Translations under genes and position numbers: made by a program
Shown: positions 17,225 to 26,859 of the stretch, piece after piece
Layout of the letters: each line of letters starts with the position of its first letter
Numbering within the stretch: position 1 is the first letter of the stretch
Notes under the pieces: model-generated
Databases searched by the model: none
Told to the model about the DNA's origin: nothing
What the model saw: the letters and a program-made list of their open reading frames with translations, nothing else
DNA from: an uncultured Pirellulales bacterium
Lineage (GTDB): Bacteria; Planctomycetota; Phycisphaerae; Sedimentisphaerales; SM23-30
Reading direction: 5' to 3'
Assembly (NCBI GenBank): GCA_964580995.1
Contig: CAZOMV010000014.1
Location: 1,306-65,305 of the forward strand
DNA: 64,000 nucleotides

Positions 17225-18550
17225 ATGGCGATCCGAAGGGCTATTTTTGTATTGACTCTGAGTACTTTTTTTCTTACTCCGCTTTACTCTGGTATATATA
17301 GCGGCGGCGGGGACGGCAGCCCGGAAAATCCGTTTCAACTGGCCACCGTCACGGACCTGGTGAACCTGTCCACAGCATCCGCCGACTGGGGCAGTTGTTT
17401 TATTCTGGCCAACGATATCCATATCATGACGGCCGCTTTTAACCAGGCGGTAATCGCCCCCGATACGAATAATACCAACATGAGTTTTGAAGGCACCGCC
17501 TTTACCGGCAGCTTCGACGGTCGTGGCTTTAAAATCGTGAACCTGACCATCCATACCCTGAATGCGGGGAATGACTATCTGGGCCTCTTCGGATCAATCA
17601 GCGCCGGCGCGGTGGTCGAAAATCTCACCCTTGAAAATGTCAATATTACCGGGGGGCAGGATTCCTTTTATCTCGGCGGTCTGGCGGGCATAAACGCCGG
17701 TACCATCCGAAACTGCCATGTTGTCGGCGTTATCACCTGCAGGGGCGATCATACCATGTGTGCCGGCGGCTTAGTCGGCAGTAACAGCTCAAACATTGAG
17801 GCATGTTTTGCCCTTGTCAATTTGACGCTCCAGGATGATTCCTACGGAATCGGCGGCCTGGTGGGAGAAAACATCAGCACCAGCGCCACGATAAAAAAAT
17901 GCTTTGCGACCGGAAATGTTACCGTCTGGACGTATTCCTATTATATCGGCGGGTTGGTCGGTGATAATTTTTGGGGGAATATCTATAATAGTTACGCCAC
18001 CGGCAACGTTTCAGGTCCCTATTATTATCTGCGGCAGGCCGGCGGCCTGGCCGGCAGAAACCGCCTGGGCATCATACAAAATAGCTTTTCTACCGGGCAG
18101 GTGGATGCCGATTATTCTACCGAGGTCGGCGGCTTTATAGGCTATGCCAGCGGTGGCACCGTCAGCAACTGTTTCTGGGATAAGGATACCTCCCAACAGA
18201 GTGGCAGTGCCGGCAGCGTTGGGGTAGTCGGCAAAACCACAATCGAGATGAAAACCCAGGCGACCTTTACGGATGCGGGCTGGGATTTTCTGGGTGAAAC
18301 CGACAACGGATTGGCTGACCTCTGGCGCATGTGCACCGATTTGGTCGATTACCCCCAGCTAAGCTGGGTTCTGGCTCAAAACGGCGATTTGGATTGCCCC
18401 GATGGCGTAGCTCTGGAAGACCTGATATATCTGGCTGACCGCTGGCTGGCTGCCGATGCCTCCTTAGCCGGCACTGCCGACATCAACGCCGACCAGACCG
18501 TTGACCTGGCCGATTTCGCGATATTGGCAGAGGAATGGCTGAGCCAATAA
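17225..18550 (+). CDS. Secreted GLUG-motif beta-helix protein with C-terminal dockerin-like pair
   Basis: YSGGGDGSPENPF, repeated GGLVG/GGLAG units, F.DAGWDF; two EF-hand repeats at the C-terminus; GGAGG RBS. Confidence 0.88.
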   Translation: MAIRRAIFVLTLSTFFLTPLYSGIYSGGGDGSPENPFQLATVTDLVNLSTASADWGSCFILANDIHIMTAAFNQAVIAPDTNNTNMSFEGTAFTGSFDGRGFKIVNLTIHTLNAGNDYLGLFGSISAGAVVENLTLENVNITGGQDSFYLGGLAGINAGTIRNCHVVGVITCRGDHTMCAGGLVGSNSSNIEACFALVNLTLQDDSYGIGGLVGENISTSATIKKCFATGNVTVWTYSYYIGGLVGDNFWGNIYNSYATGNVSGPYYYLRQAGGLAGRNRLGIIQNSFSTGQVDADYSTEVGGFIGYASGGTVSNCFWDKDTSQQSGSAGSVGVVGKTTIEMKTQATFTDAGWDFLGETDNGLADLWRMCTDLVDYPQLSWVLAQNGDLDCPDGVALEDLIYLADRWLAADASLAGTADINADQTVDLADFAILAEEWLSQ

Positions 18551-18633
18551 TCCGGATGAATCGACCGGTTGAATATGGGAAGGGGAAATCGATTGGGTAA
18601 AACGCCCGCGGCGCAAGGGGGTGCAGTCCGAGG

Positions 18634-18654
18634 GTCGGCAACTGTGTTGCCGAC
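18634..18654. repeat. REP-like palindrome
   Basis: GTCGGCAAC-tgt-GTTGCCGAC perfect 9-bp stem in an intergenic region. Confidence 0.55.
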
Positions 18655-18894
18655 GCGAAAAATGGAAGAACACCTCCCCACCTGCGGCGGGAAGGTGCCA
18701 CCCGGAACAGGAAAATGGTGAGCAGAACTTAGCCTTTGAATGGCCAATGAGCGTGAAAATGATAAACAGGGATGATATAATAGGACGGCTTGGGCGATTC
18801 CGGGGATGTGCGAATTGTGTAACTTATGAGGCTGAAAAATGCTCCTTGGTCCCAGATTCGCATTTTGGTAATTTGATTTTGCGCACTATATAAG

Positions 18895-19680
18895 GTGTTT
18901 CTGAAGATGATTAAGGCCATACGAATACTTACTATTGTGTCGATAATTACTGGTATTGGCGCGGTGGTTATTTTAGAGAAATATCTCAAATTGGAAGACG
19001 ATTTTGTTTTCCGGTTTATTCGTTATGCCGATGTTGTTTTTAAACTATTTATCGCAATTTCTGTGCTGTCAGTAGTGACTTCCATTGTGATGATTGGTTA
19101 TCAGCCCCAGAAGTTTTGGAAAAAGTTTTTTACAATTGCATTTTTAATTGGATTTGTAGTTATTCTCCTGCCTACCCTGTTTGTCTTGTACAGTTCCAAC
19201 GTTTTTGTGGCGAAAAGAGCACGGGCGCAACATGAAATGATTTGTCATATCGGTGGCCACCTATTGGAATATGCGAAGAACCACAATAACAGACTGCCGG
19301 AAGCAGATGACTGGTGTAATATATTAATAAAATATAGTGGCGATGTGGCGTATAGCCGAAATGCCGCTTATAGGTGTGATACGGCTTTTAACCGGAATGT
19401 GGGCGGGTGGGAAGTCGCGAGGATACCCAGTGATACTGTTTTAATATTTAATGCATATGGGGACTGGAACCTCACTGGCGGTTCCGAACTCTTGCAGGCG
19501 CAGGGAGAACAATTTAATCCTGCCTATATCTATTTTATTGATGGTACAACGGGTTTGTATTATTTTACCAAAGAAGATATATGCATTAATTATAAGTATG
19601 GCAGAAAACAGGTTAAGCCGTTTGGCTGGGGGCTACAAGAAAAAGCTGAGCCGGTTGGGAAAACGGGTGCGGATCATTAA
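18895..19680 (+). CDS. Membrane protein, 3 TM plus soluble domain (LP..DDWC..L / WN..GG / F.DG)
   Basis: AT-rich ORF, three hydrophobic segments; start may be ATG 18907. Confidence 0.7.
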   Translation: MFLKMIKAIRILTIVSIITGIGAVVILEKYLKLEDDFVFRFIRYADVVFKLFIAISVLSVVTSIVMIGYQPQKFWKKFFTIAFLIGFVVILLPTLFVLYSSNVFVAKRARAQHEMICHIGGHLLEYAKNHNNRLPEADDWCNILIKYSGDVAYSRNAAYRCDTAFNRNVGGWEVARIPSDTVLIFNAYGDWNLTGGSELLQAQGEQFNPAYIYFIDGTTGLYYFTKEDICINYKYGRKQVKPFGWGLQEKAEPVGKTGADH

Positions 19681-19702
19681 GAGCGAGGTATGGGAATGTA
19701 AG

Positions 19703-20056
19703 ATGAAGAGGCAAGAGGAAGAGATACTGGCGGAATGGGAGAAGCCGCGGGAGATGCGGAAACGGGAGGCGGGGGAGCTGTTTCGGCGTTCAGCGCGGAG
19801 TATGCCTATTATTGTGGGGGTGTGTATAATCGCGTGGGCGGCGCTGGTATGGTATCTCCGCTGGAAATTTTCCTTTACAGAGGAGGAGATAGAGTGGGAC
19901 AAGTTATTATGGGTAGGGATTGGCTGTATTTTGACTGGTTTTTTGATTTTGGGAATTATATTGCCATTATCGGTATGGGAAACTTCTATATTGTTATGGC
20001 CTTTCCTTACAATATGCTTGGTACGCTACTTATGGCTCTTTTTGCCGCCATTATGA
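19703..20056 (+). CDS. Small membrane protein, possibly truncated or degenerate
   Basis: MKRQEEEILAEW... with 2-3 TM segments; the 3' end is ambiguous between frames. Confidence 0.4.
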   Translation: MKRQEEEILAEWEKPREMRKREAGELFRRSARSMPIIVGVCIIAWAALVWYLRWKFSFTEEEIEWDKLLWVGIGCILTGFLILGIILPLSVWETSILLWPFLTICLVRYLWLFLPPL

Positions 20057-20247
20057 GTATTGGCAAGTAATGAGAAATTCCGATGAGTAAATTTTATCCG
20101 GATTTTGTTTGTATGCTGGAGGATGGGCGGTATTGGGGATATGGTATGAGAACGGAGAAAGAGAAGATGGATTGGTGTTTGACAGAGGGAAAGATGTGGG
20201 GTATGCTAACTCCTTTGGAAAAATGAATGGCAATGGAGTTATAAGAT

Positions 20248-21870
20248 ATGATAGTGACTAGATTTGCGCCGTCGCCGACGGGGTATTTGCATATTGGGGG
20301 AGCGCGGACGGCGTTGTTTTGCTGGCTGATGGCGCGGCATCAGGGGGGGCGGATGATTCTGCGGATCGAGGATACGGATCAGAAGCGGAATACCCCGACG
20401 GCAACGCAGCAGGTGATGGATGATCTGCGCTGGCTGGGGATTCAGTGGGACGAGGGGCCGGAGGTCGGCGGGCCGCACGAGCCTTATTTGCAGTCCCAGC
20501 GGCGGGAGATATACGATACCTATTTGAAGCAATTGCTGGAGGCGGGGAAGGCGTATTATTGTTTTGAGACGTCGGAGGAACTGCAGGTGCTGCGGGATCA
20601 GGCGACGGCGGAGAAAAAGACCTTTGCCTATCAGCGGCCGGCAGTGTTTCCGGATGAGCAGGAGGCGGCACGGGCGCGGGCGGAAGGGCGGTCGGTGGTG
20701 GTGCGGTTTGCCATGCCGAATGAGGATATTGTAGTGCAGGATATCGTGCGCGGGGAGGTGCGGTTTTCCGCCAGCGAGCTGAGCGATTTTATCATTCAGA
20801 AATCGGACGGGTTTCCGACGTATCATTTTGCATGCGTGGTGGATGATGAGCTGATGGAGGTAACGCACGTAATCAGGGGGCAGGAACATTTGATGAATAC
20901 GCCGGGGCATCAGGCGCTGCAGGATGCGCTGGGATTTCGGCGGCCAGTGTATGCCCATATTTCGGTGACGGTGAGCGAGGGGGGCGGCAAGCTCTCCAAG
21001 CGGGAAGGGGCGAAGGTGCTGCACAAGACGCTGCAGGAACGGCAGGGGGTGGAACTGGAGAAAGTGGCGCAGGCCAGCGGGATCACCCTGGAAGCACTGC
21101 AATCGTTTCTGGCGGGCGATTCGACCCCGGACGGGCCGAACCTGACGGCGATGGCAGGCTATCTGGGAGTGCATCTGCCGGAGATTAATGTGGTGGATTT
21201 TTTAAAGAGCGGGTATATCCCGGAAGCGATGGTGAATTTTGTGGCGCTGCTGGGCTGGAATCCGGGTGACAATCGGGAAATCCTGCCGCTGGAGGAACTG
21301 GTGGCGGCGTTTGATATCGAGCGGCTGACCAAGACCAACAGCCTTTTTGACCGCAAGAAGCTGATGTCGTTCAATATGGAGCATATGCGGATGCTGGGGC
21401 CGACGAAGCTGTTGGGGCATTTTCAGCGGTATTTGCAGGTGAACCAATCGCCGCTGCTGGCGGTGGGGGAGGTGGCACTGGCTCATTTGCTGAAGGCCAG
21501 TGAGGGGGCGCGAACGCTGGCGGAGGTGGAGCAGAAGGGGCTGTTCCTGGTGGCGGAGACCGTCGAATTCGATCCGCAGGCGGTGAAGAAGGTTTTGCAG
21601 AAGGACGGAGCGGCGGAATTGCTGGGGCAGACGCGGGAGGAACTGCAAAGGTTGGCGAATTGGGACGAAGCCGGGATTCATGCGGTGATCGAGGGGCTAT
21701 GCACCAGGCACGGGGTGGGGATGGGCAAGGTGGCCCAGCCGATCCGGGTGGCGATTACCGGCAGCACCGTCAGCCCGCCCATTGGCGACAGCCTGGTACT
21801 GCTGGGTAAGGAAAAGACGATACGAAGGATTGACGCGACGCTGGAATATCTGAAAGGATTTACCAAGTAG
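20248..21870 (+). CDS. gltX: Glutamate--tRNA ligase (with ~58-aa insertion after KLSKR)
   Basis: TRFAPSPTGYLHIGG, LRIEDTD, YLQSQR, THVIRG.EH, KLSKR, LLGW, anticodon domain PIRVAITG..VSPP. Confidence 0.97.
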   Translation: MIVTRFAPSPTGYLHIGGARTALFCWLMARHQGGRMILRIEDTDQKRNTPTATQQVMDDLRWLGIQWDEGPEVGGPHEPYLQSQRREIYDTYLKQLLEAGKAYYCFETSEELQVLRDQATAEKKTFAYQRPAVFPDEQEAARARAEGRSVVVRFAMPNEDIVVQDIVRGEVRFSASELSDFIIQKSDGFPTYHFACVVDDELMEVTHVIRGQEHLMNTPGHQALQDALGFRRPVYAHISVTVSEGGGKLSKREGAKVLHKTLQERQGVELEKVAQASGITLEALQSFLAGDSTPDGPNLTAMAGYLGVHLPEINVVDFLKSGYIPEAMVNFVALLGWNPGDNREILPLEELVAAFDIERLTKTNSLFDRKKLMSFNMEHMRMLGPTKLLGHFQRYLQVNQSPLLAVGEVALAHLLKASEGARTLAEVEQKGLFLVAETVEFDPQAVKKVLQKDGAAELLGQTREELQRLANWDEAGIHAVIEGLCTRHGVGMGKVAQPIRVAITGSTVSPPIGDSLVLLGKEKTIRRIDATLEYLKGFTK

Positions 21871-21880
21871 GGAAGGAACC

Positions 21881-22681
21881 ATGGAACGGGCAAAAGAAAA
21901 AAATAAACAAAAATTTCTGGATAATTTTACCAGGCACGTTCGGCTTTTTAATGAAGTTGTCGCAACGCAAAATGGTGACTGGGTAGTGAAGGGATTCATA
22001 GATATAGCCAAAAATATCTATACTATTTCCGTTGATACCAAGGTGATTTCAAAAATAATGGAAATTCTGCTTTTTCCTAAGCTATGCCAATTTGCGGAAA
22101 AATGCGGATATAAAATTATATTATGCAAAGAGCAGAATTTTTATCCTGACATATCTTTTGTTGATCGCGAAAACAATAAATTTGCCGTAGATCTGAAAAG
22201 TACCTATCGAAAAAATAAAACTAATGTGAATGGGATGACCTTGGGTGCTTTTACGGGATATTTCCGTGATAGAAAAAGCACGAAAAATGTCAGTTTTCCT
22301 TACGATGAATATATAGGACATTACGTATTGGGTGTTATTTATTCCCGAACCGAGAATTCTGATGATGTTAATAAAATATACAAGATCCATGAGTTAAAAA
22401 ATATAACGTCCGTAGTGAAAGATTTTACCTTTTTTGTCCAGGAGAAGTATAAAATTGCTGCGGATCGGCCGGGAAGCGGAAATACAAAAAACATTGGTTC
22501 TGTCACTCAAATGGATAAGTTAATTGAGGGGAAAGGTCCGTTTGCTCAATTGGGGGAAGCAATCTTTAATGATTATTGGATGTATTATTTGACAAAAGAT
22601 ATGGCAAAAAATATCGATCTTGCGAGTTCGCCATATAAAAATTTGAATGAGTATAAAAAATATAAGCAACTGAAAGTATAA
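21881..22681 (+). CDS. Type II restriction endonuclease, EcoRV-like
   Basis: DTKVIS, QNFYPD...AVDLKSTY (PD-(D/E)xK), FPYDEY.GH, GSGNTKNIGS, GKG.F, DYW follow the EcoRV pattern; AT-rich. Confidence 0.9.
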   Translation: MERAKEKNKQKFLDNFTRHVRLFNEVVATQNGDWVVKGFIDIAKNIYTISVDTKVISKIMEILLFPKLCQFAEKCGYKIILCKEQNFYPDISFVDRENNKFAVDLKSTYRKNKTNVNGMTLGAFTGYFRDRKSTKNVSFPYDEYIGHYVLGVIYSRTENSDDVNKIYKIHELKNITSVVKDFTFFVQEKYKIAADRPGSGNTKNIGSVTQMDKLIEGKGPFAQLGEAIFNDYWMYYLTKDMAKNIDLASSPYKNLNEYKKYKQLKV

Positions 22682-22683
22682 AT

Positions 22684-23763
22684 ATGACTACTAAAGTAAA
22701 TATTGGCAATCATCCTCAAATGAGCCTATTTGAAGATAATGCCAGATATCCATCCACTCGTTTTCAGGGAAGCAAACTTAAATTAGTCAACTGGATATGG
22801 GGAGCTATTAAAGATTTAGAGTTTCATACTGCTCTGGATGCGTTTGGCGGTACGGGAAGCGTTAGTTATCTGTTGAAAGACAAGGGAAAGCAGGTTACCT
22901 ATAATGACATATTGAAATTCAATTGGTATATAGGTAAGGCATTAATCGAAAATGAAAAGATCGTACTATCCGGTAAGGATGTTGAATTTCTTTTGAAAAG
23001 GCATAGAAACATTGCCTATCCGACATTTGTGTATGATACTTTTAAAGATATATATTTTACGGATGAAGAGAATCATTGGATTGATACGGTTGTGACAAAT
23101 ATAAATCACATGGACGACATATACAAAAAATCTCTGGCCTATTTTGCCCTTATTCAATCCTGTATCATCAAAAGACCTTATAATTTATTCCATCGGAAAA
23201 ATCTTTATATAAGGTTATCAGATGTCGAAAGGAACTTTGGCAATAAGGCTACCTGGGACACTCCCTTTGAAACTCATTTTCTACAATTTATTACCGAAGC
23301 GAACCAGGCAGTATTTGGCAATGGCCAGAAAAATCTGGCGATAAATGCAGACGCCTTTACCCTTGTCGAAGGCTATGATTTAGTATATATTGACACGCCC
23401 TATATCTCCCAGAAAGGGGTTGGGGTTGATTATTTGGGCTTTTATCATTTTTTGGAAGGTTTGGTTAATTATAATGTCTGGGGGGACATGATTGATTACC
23501 GAACCAAGCATAAGAGGCTGAAAGGGGAAGATTCTGTGTGGAATAACAAGAATAAAATCACTTCGGCATTTGATCATTTGTTTAACAAATTCCGAAAAAG
23601 TATTTTAGTTGTTTCCTATCGAGCCGATGGTATTCCTTCTATCGATGAACTTAGTAATTTACTTAAAAAGTATAAATCAAAGGTAGTGGAGATAAAAAGA
23701 AAAAATTATAAATATGTTTTAAGCACCAATCATTCGGAAGAAGTTTTATTGATTGGTCAATAG
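22684..23763 (+). CDS. DNA adenine methyltransferase (D12/alpha class)
   Basis: RFQGSK (motif X), DAFGGTGSV (motif I), YND, DLVYIDTPY (motif IV variant), VSY; translationally adjacent to the REase. Confidence 0.9.
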   Translation: MTTKVNIGNHPQMSLFEDNARYPSTRFQGSKLKLVNWIWGAIKDLEFHTALDAFGGTGSVSYLLKDKGKQVTYNDILKFNWYIGKALIENEKIVLSGKDVEFLLKRHRNIAYPTFVYDTFKDIYFTDEENHWIDTVVTNINHMDDIYKKSLAYFALIQSCIIKRPYNLFHRKNLYIRLSDVERNFGNKATWDTPFETHFLQFITEANQAVFGNGQKNLAINADAFTLVEGYDLVYIDTPYISQKGVGVDYLGFYHFLEGLVNYNVWGDMIDYRTKHKRLKGEDSVWNNKNKITSAFDHLFNKFRKSILVVSYRADGIPSIDELSNLLKKYKSKVVEIKRKNYKYVLSTNHSEEVLLIGQ

Positions 23764-23775
23764 AAGGTAATAACG

Positions 23776-24681
23776 ATGACATTATTAGTTACAGGATCGA
23801 TCGGGATTGATACGGTGCGGACGCCGTTGGGGGTGCGGGAGAATTGTCTGGGCGGATCGGCGATTTATTTCAGCATGGCGGCGAGTTTCTTTTCGCCGGT
23901 GCGATTTCTGGGGGTCATCGGGGCGGATTGCCCATTCGATCTGAAGAAGACGTTCGCGGGGAGGGATGTGGATTTAACCGGGCTGGAAGTGCGGCAGGGC
24001 AGTAAGACATTTCGGTGGCAGGGCAGTTATGTCGGGGCGATGAACGAGGCGACGACCGATGGTGTCGAGCTGAATGTTTTGGCGGAGGCGCCGCCGGCCA
24101 TGCCGGTTCGTTACAAAGACAGTCAATATGTCTTCCTGGCGAACACCGCCCCAGCATTGCAGATGGAACTGCTGGGCCGGCTAGATGCTCCCAAGCTGGT
24201 GGTGGCGGATACCATGAATTTATGGATTGAACATAACCGGGATGACCTGGTCCAATTGATGAACCGGATTGATGGGATGGTGCTGAACGAGGGGGAGGCG
24301 AGGATGTTTACGGGGCGGGACAATCTGGTGGCGGCGGCGAAGGAGATCGTCGGCAGGGGGCTGAAGTTTGTGGTAATCAAGAAGGGGGAGCATGGCACGC
24401 TGTTGTGGACGGAACAAGGGGAGAGCTTTGCGCTGCCGGGGTATCCGACGGATCAGGTGAAAGACCCGACGGGAGCGGGAGACAGTTTTGCGGGAGGAAT
24501 GATGGGGTATCTGGCCAGCCAGCAGAAGCGGGATCTGGGGGTGCTGAAGCAGGCGATTGCTTATGGGACGGTGGCGGCGTCGCTGGTGATCGAAGATTTT
24601 TCGCTGGATTGCTGGAAGCGGGCGGGGAAGCAGGAGATCGAGGAGCGGATGGCCGGCCTTCGGGAGATGATGCGGTTTTAA
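23776..24681 (+). CDS. PfkB family carbohydrate kinase
   Basis: GGSA.Y, VIKKGEHG, DPTGAGDSFAGG. Confidence 0.93.
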   Translation: MTLLVTGSIGIDTVRTPLGVRENCLGGSAIYFSMAASFFSPVRFLGVIGADCPFDLKKTFAGRDVDLTGLEVRQGSKTFRWQGSYVGAMNEATTDGVELNVLAEAPPAMPVRYKDSQYVFLANTAPALQMELLGRLDAPKLVVADTMNLWIEHNRDDLVQLMNRIDGMVLNEGEARMFTGRDNLVAAAKEIVGRGLKFVVIKKGEHGTLLWTEQGESFALPGYPTDQVKDPTGAGDSFAGGMMGYLASQQKRDLGVLKQAIAYGTVAASLVIEDFSLDCWKRAGKQEIEERMAGLREMMRF

Positions 24682-24734
24682 AAGAGTAACGAGTAAAATA
24701 ATGAATCTGCCAGGGGATGGGATTTTTTATGAGT

Positions 24735-25313
24735 ATGCGATGTTTTGCGGCGATTGAATTGAATACGGCGATAGCCGGGGGATTGGGCCAGTGGCAGGAG
24801 GTGTTGAAGAGAAAGCTGGCGATGGTTGGTTCGGGAGTGAACTGGGTGCGGTCGAATCAGATTCATTTGACGTTAAAGTTTTTGGGGGAAGTGGAAGACC
24901 ATGCGGTGATGGAGCCCTGTGAGGCTATCTCGCTGGCCGCGGAGGAATATTCACCTTTTGAAATAGAGGTGGGGGGGTGTGGCTGTTTTCCGCCCGGCGG
25001 GGCAGCGCGGGTGGTCTGGGCCGGAATTACGCGGGGGGCCGAGGAATTGATCGCCTTGCAGCAGATCGTGGATGGCTATCTGCAGGAGGCGGGGTATCCT
25101 CTGGAGTTGCGGCGGTTCAGTCCGCATTTAACCCTGGCCCGGATCAAGAAACCCTCTGTCGGCTATGAAGTGCGGGATCTGGTGGGAAAAATGGAACTGG
25201 AAATCCCCGTGGTTCAGGAAGTGACTGAATTGACCTTATTTCAGAGTATTTTGACGCGGGAAGGCCCGGTGTATAGCGCCATGCACCATGCGGTGCTGGG
25301 GAAGACGAGATAG
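24735..25313 (+). CDS. thpR: RNA 2',3'-cyclic phosphodiesterase (2H family)
   Basis: MRCF.AI, HLTLKFLG, ARVVWAG, FSPHLTLAR, S.L...GP.Y. Confidence 0.92.
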   Translation: MRCFAAIELNTAIAGGLGQWQEVLKRKLAMVGSGVNWVRSNQIHLTLKFLGEVEDHAVMEPCEAISLAAEEYSPFEIEVGGCGCFPPGGAARVVWAGITRGAEELIALQQIVDGYLQEAGYPLELRRFSPHLTLARIKKPSVGYEVRDLVGKMELEIPVVQEVTELTLFQSILTREGPVYSAMHHAVLGKTR

Positions 25314-25738
25314 GTGGGGCGCGATAAACACGTTTTTAACCGTACTCCTTTTGATTGCGAGTGCAGGTTTATGAATCGTTAGAAACGGAATAATTTGACA
25401 GGGGGCTGTCAAGCCTGCCGGGGTGTAACGATTGGGTAAGCGTGGGGGCGAAAAACAGGTAGAAAATAGCGGCAAAATAAGATGGGGATTTTTTGCATCG
25501 GGATAAAAGTATAGTACATTTCTATCTGTACGGAGCAAAAATACGCGTATGGAAAAAAATTGGATAAGGACGTTTGGAAATAATGATTTTCTGAACGGGA
25601 CAGGTTCAAGAGGAAAGTGAGGTGATGTAAAAATAAGAAAAATCTTAGCCGTTCAGTAGCGTGTTTCCAAATGTGTAATGGAACAATGTTTTTTAGGAAT
25701 TTTTTTAACAGGTGCCAGGCGGCACCGGAGGACAAGTA

Positions 25739-26227
25739 ATGAAGACTCGAAAAAGCGGTTTTACGTTGGTTGAAATTTTGATCGTGGTGATCATTCTGGG
25801 TATTTTGGCGGCGATTATTATCCCGCAGTTTACGGAAGCTTCCACCAGCGCGAAGGAATCGTCGCTGACCAGTAACCTGCAAACGCTGCGTTCGCAGATC
25901 GGGTTATACAAGATTCAGCATGGTGATATATATCCCGATTCTACCAGTTCTGACACCTTTGTGACCTGTTTGACAACCGAAACGGAAGTTGATGGCGATC
26001 CTTGGGTTGAGGGTACCAGTACGGGTACTAAGTGCGGTCCTTATATGCCGAACATTCCTGACAATCCTTTCATTGACAGCCCCAATACAACGGCTTTCTT
26101 CCTTTTTGATGCTGCACCAGCGGGCACGGATGGTAGCCATTGGAATTTTGATCCGTTAACAGGTAAAGTTAATGCGAATGACAGTGGAACCTGTCAGGAT
26201 GATGTAACGCTTCATATTGAGCTGTAA
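25739..26227 (+). CDS. Type IV pilin / GspG-like prepilin (probable major pilin)
   Basis: KSG|FTLVEILIVVIILGILAAIIIPQF; GGAGG RBS; followed by a strong hairpin. Confidence 0.92.
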   Translation: MKTRKSGFTLVEILIVVIILGILAAIIIPQFTEASTSAKESSLTSNLQTLRSQIGLYKIQHGDIYPDSTSSDTFVTCLTTETEVDGDPWVEGTSTGTKCGPYMPNIPDNPFIDSPNTTAFFLFDAAPAGTDGSHWNFDPLTGKVNANDSGTCQDDVTLHIEL

Positions 26228-26264
26228 GAGTATGATGTTGTTGAGACGTTGAGTTATAAAATTC

Positions 26265-26299
26265 TTTGGCCCGGCAGAAGTTGATTTTGCCGGGCCAAA
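26265..26299 (+). terminator. Strong hairpin after first pilin (terminator or mRNA stabiliser)
   Basis: TTTGGCCCGGCAGAA-gttga-TTTTGCCGGGCCAAA; no clear U-tract. Confidence 0.6.
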
Positions 26300-26325
26300 A
26301 TTCTCGAATGGAATAAAATCAGGCA

Positions 26326-26829
26326 ATGAATACCTTGAAACCTATCCATATTACCCGGTCGATTATCCAGCGGAAGGGATTTACCCTGCTGGAGATATTG
26401 ATTCTGGTGGTGATTCTGGTGGTGGTTTCCCGGTATTTTATGCCTTGTTTTAGCGATGGGGCGATGGACAAACGCGAGCCGGTTCTGGTCAGCAATTTGA
26501 CGAATGTACGTTTGCAGTTGGAAAAATACAAGAAGGAACATCTGGACGAATATCCGTGCGGCGGTGGGCAATCGCCGGTGGATGCCGATGTATTTGTGAA
26601 TCGGATGATTTCGGGAACGACTGCTCAGCATGAAGAGATGGGGGATTTCGGCCCCTATTACGATTCCTTCCCCCGCAATCCGTTCGCGAATGAGAATGAT
26701 GTTCTGGTCCGGTACGGCCGGGATCCCGGACGGGCAGAAGCGCACTGGTGTTTCGATCCAAAAACCGGAACGATTCATCCGGATGATAATAAATACACAA
26801 TGGACGGAACGGCTCACAGTTTATTGTGA
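26326..26829 (+). CDS. Type IV pilin-like prepilin
   Basis: KG|FTLLEILILVVIL; paralogous to neighbours (GPY...P.NPF, HW.FDP.TG.I...D). Confidence 0.85.
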   Translation: MNTLKPIHITRSIIQRKGFTLLEILILVVILVVVSRYFMPCFSDGAMDKREPVLVSNLTNVRLQLEKYKKEHLDEYPCGGGQSPVDADVFVNRMISGTTAQHEEMGDFGPYYDSFPRNPFANENDVLVRYGRDPGRAEAHWCFDPKTGTIHPDDNKYTMDGTAHSLL

Positions 26830-26859
26830 AATCCTACGGAATACAGAAAAGGTGAACGT

